Assembly: GCA_964618095.1 (NCBI GenBank)
Contig: CAZUAM010000069.1
Coordinates: 1 to 16,838, forward strand
Direction: 5' to 3'
Origin: an uncultured Planctomycetaceae bacterium
GTDB taxonomy: Bacteria > Planctomycetota > Planctomycetia > Pirellulales > Thermoguttaceae
DNA length: 16,838 nt
Shown: positions 16,464 to 16,838 of the stretch, piece after piece
Numbering within the stretch: position 1 is the stretch's first letter
Layout: the number at the start of each line of letters is the position of its first letter
Program-made: the position numbers and the translations under genes
The notes under the pieces: generated by a model
Told to the model about the DNA's origin: nothing
The model's database searches: none
What the model saw: only the letters and a program-made list of their open reading frames with translations

Positions 16464-16838
16464 ATGCCCAAACAAGACGACTCACAAGCACCGCGGCAAC
16501 CTTCCCGACGAGACTTCCTGAAGACCTCGACTGCGGCGGTTGCGGGGGCGATGGCCGGCGGCCTGACCCTGGAGCGCAGTGCCCACGCCGCTGGCGACGA
16601 CACCTTGAAGGTGGGCCTGATCGGTTGCGGCGGCCGGGGGACCGGTGCGGCCCGCGACGCGCTCAGCGCCGATGAGAACTGCATCCTGACCGCCATGGCC
16701 GACGCGTTCGAGGACCGGCTCGGGCGGAGCCTAAAGAGTCTGAAGACGTCAATGGGCAATCGGATTGCCGTGGACGCGGATCGCTGCTTTGCCGGATTCG
16801 ACGGATACCGGAAGGTGATCGACAGCGGCGTGGACGTG
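16464..16838 (+). CDS. Gfo/Idh/MocA-family oxidoreductase with a Tat signal peptide. This is the 5' part; it continues past the window end.
   Basis: The AAGGAG RBS sits 7 nt upstream. The translation reads MPKQDDSQAPRQPSRRDFLKTSTAAVAGAMAGG...AHA (twin-arginine motif SRRDFLK), then KVGLIGCGGRGTGAARDAL (Rossmann GxGxxG). It stays in frame to the last base with no stop. Confidence 0.85.
   Translation, partial: MPKQDDSQAPRQPSRRDFLKTSTAAVAGAMAGGLTLERSAHAAGDDTLKVGLIGCGGRGTGAARDALSADENCILTAMADAFEDRLGRSLKSLKTSMGNRIAVDADRCFAGFDGYRKVIDSGVDV

Overview
This is a 16.8 kb window of high-GC (about 65-70%) bacterial chromosome, most likely Planctomycetota. The phylum call rests on a DUF1570-type gene, a Pro-rich lipoprotein, a Tat-signal Gfo/Idh/MocA oxidoreductase and frequent GTG/TTG starts with weak SD sites. 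I call 12 protein genes. Housekeeping genes (guaA partial, surE, eno) are interspersed with accessory-type genes: a zinc-ribbon HD-GYP phosphodiesterase, a secreted GH81 beta-1,3-glucanase, an SPFH(Band-7)-YbjN-like fusion with an upstream coiled-coil partner, an orphan fused ABC permease, a DUF1570 HExxH protein, and small secreted or lipoproteins. I found no rRNA, tRNA, CRISPR array, IS element or transposase. The unusual content is non-coding and consists of four small intergenic repeat families. Three AT-rich heptanucleotide tandem arrays sit between co-directional genes. Two MITE/REP-like palindromic elements are present, one with terminal inverted repeats and a flanking direct repeat. 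A TTTAGCCGCCG...GGCACG hairpin element occurs in three copies. A dense array of CGCGAC-N-GTCGCG palindromes, including a perfect 26-bp inverted repeat, lies downstream of a consensus TATAAT and directly in front of the DUF1570 gene. All functional calls are from reading the translations. No database search was possible.
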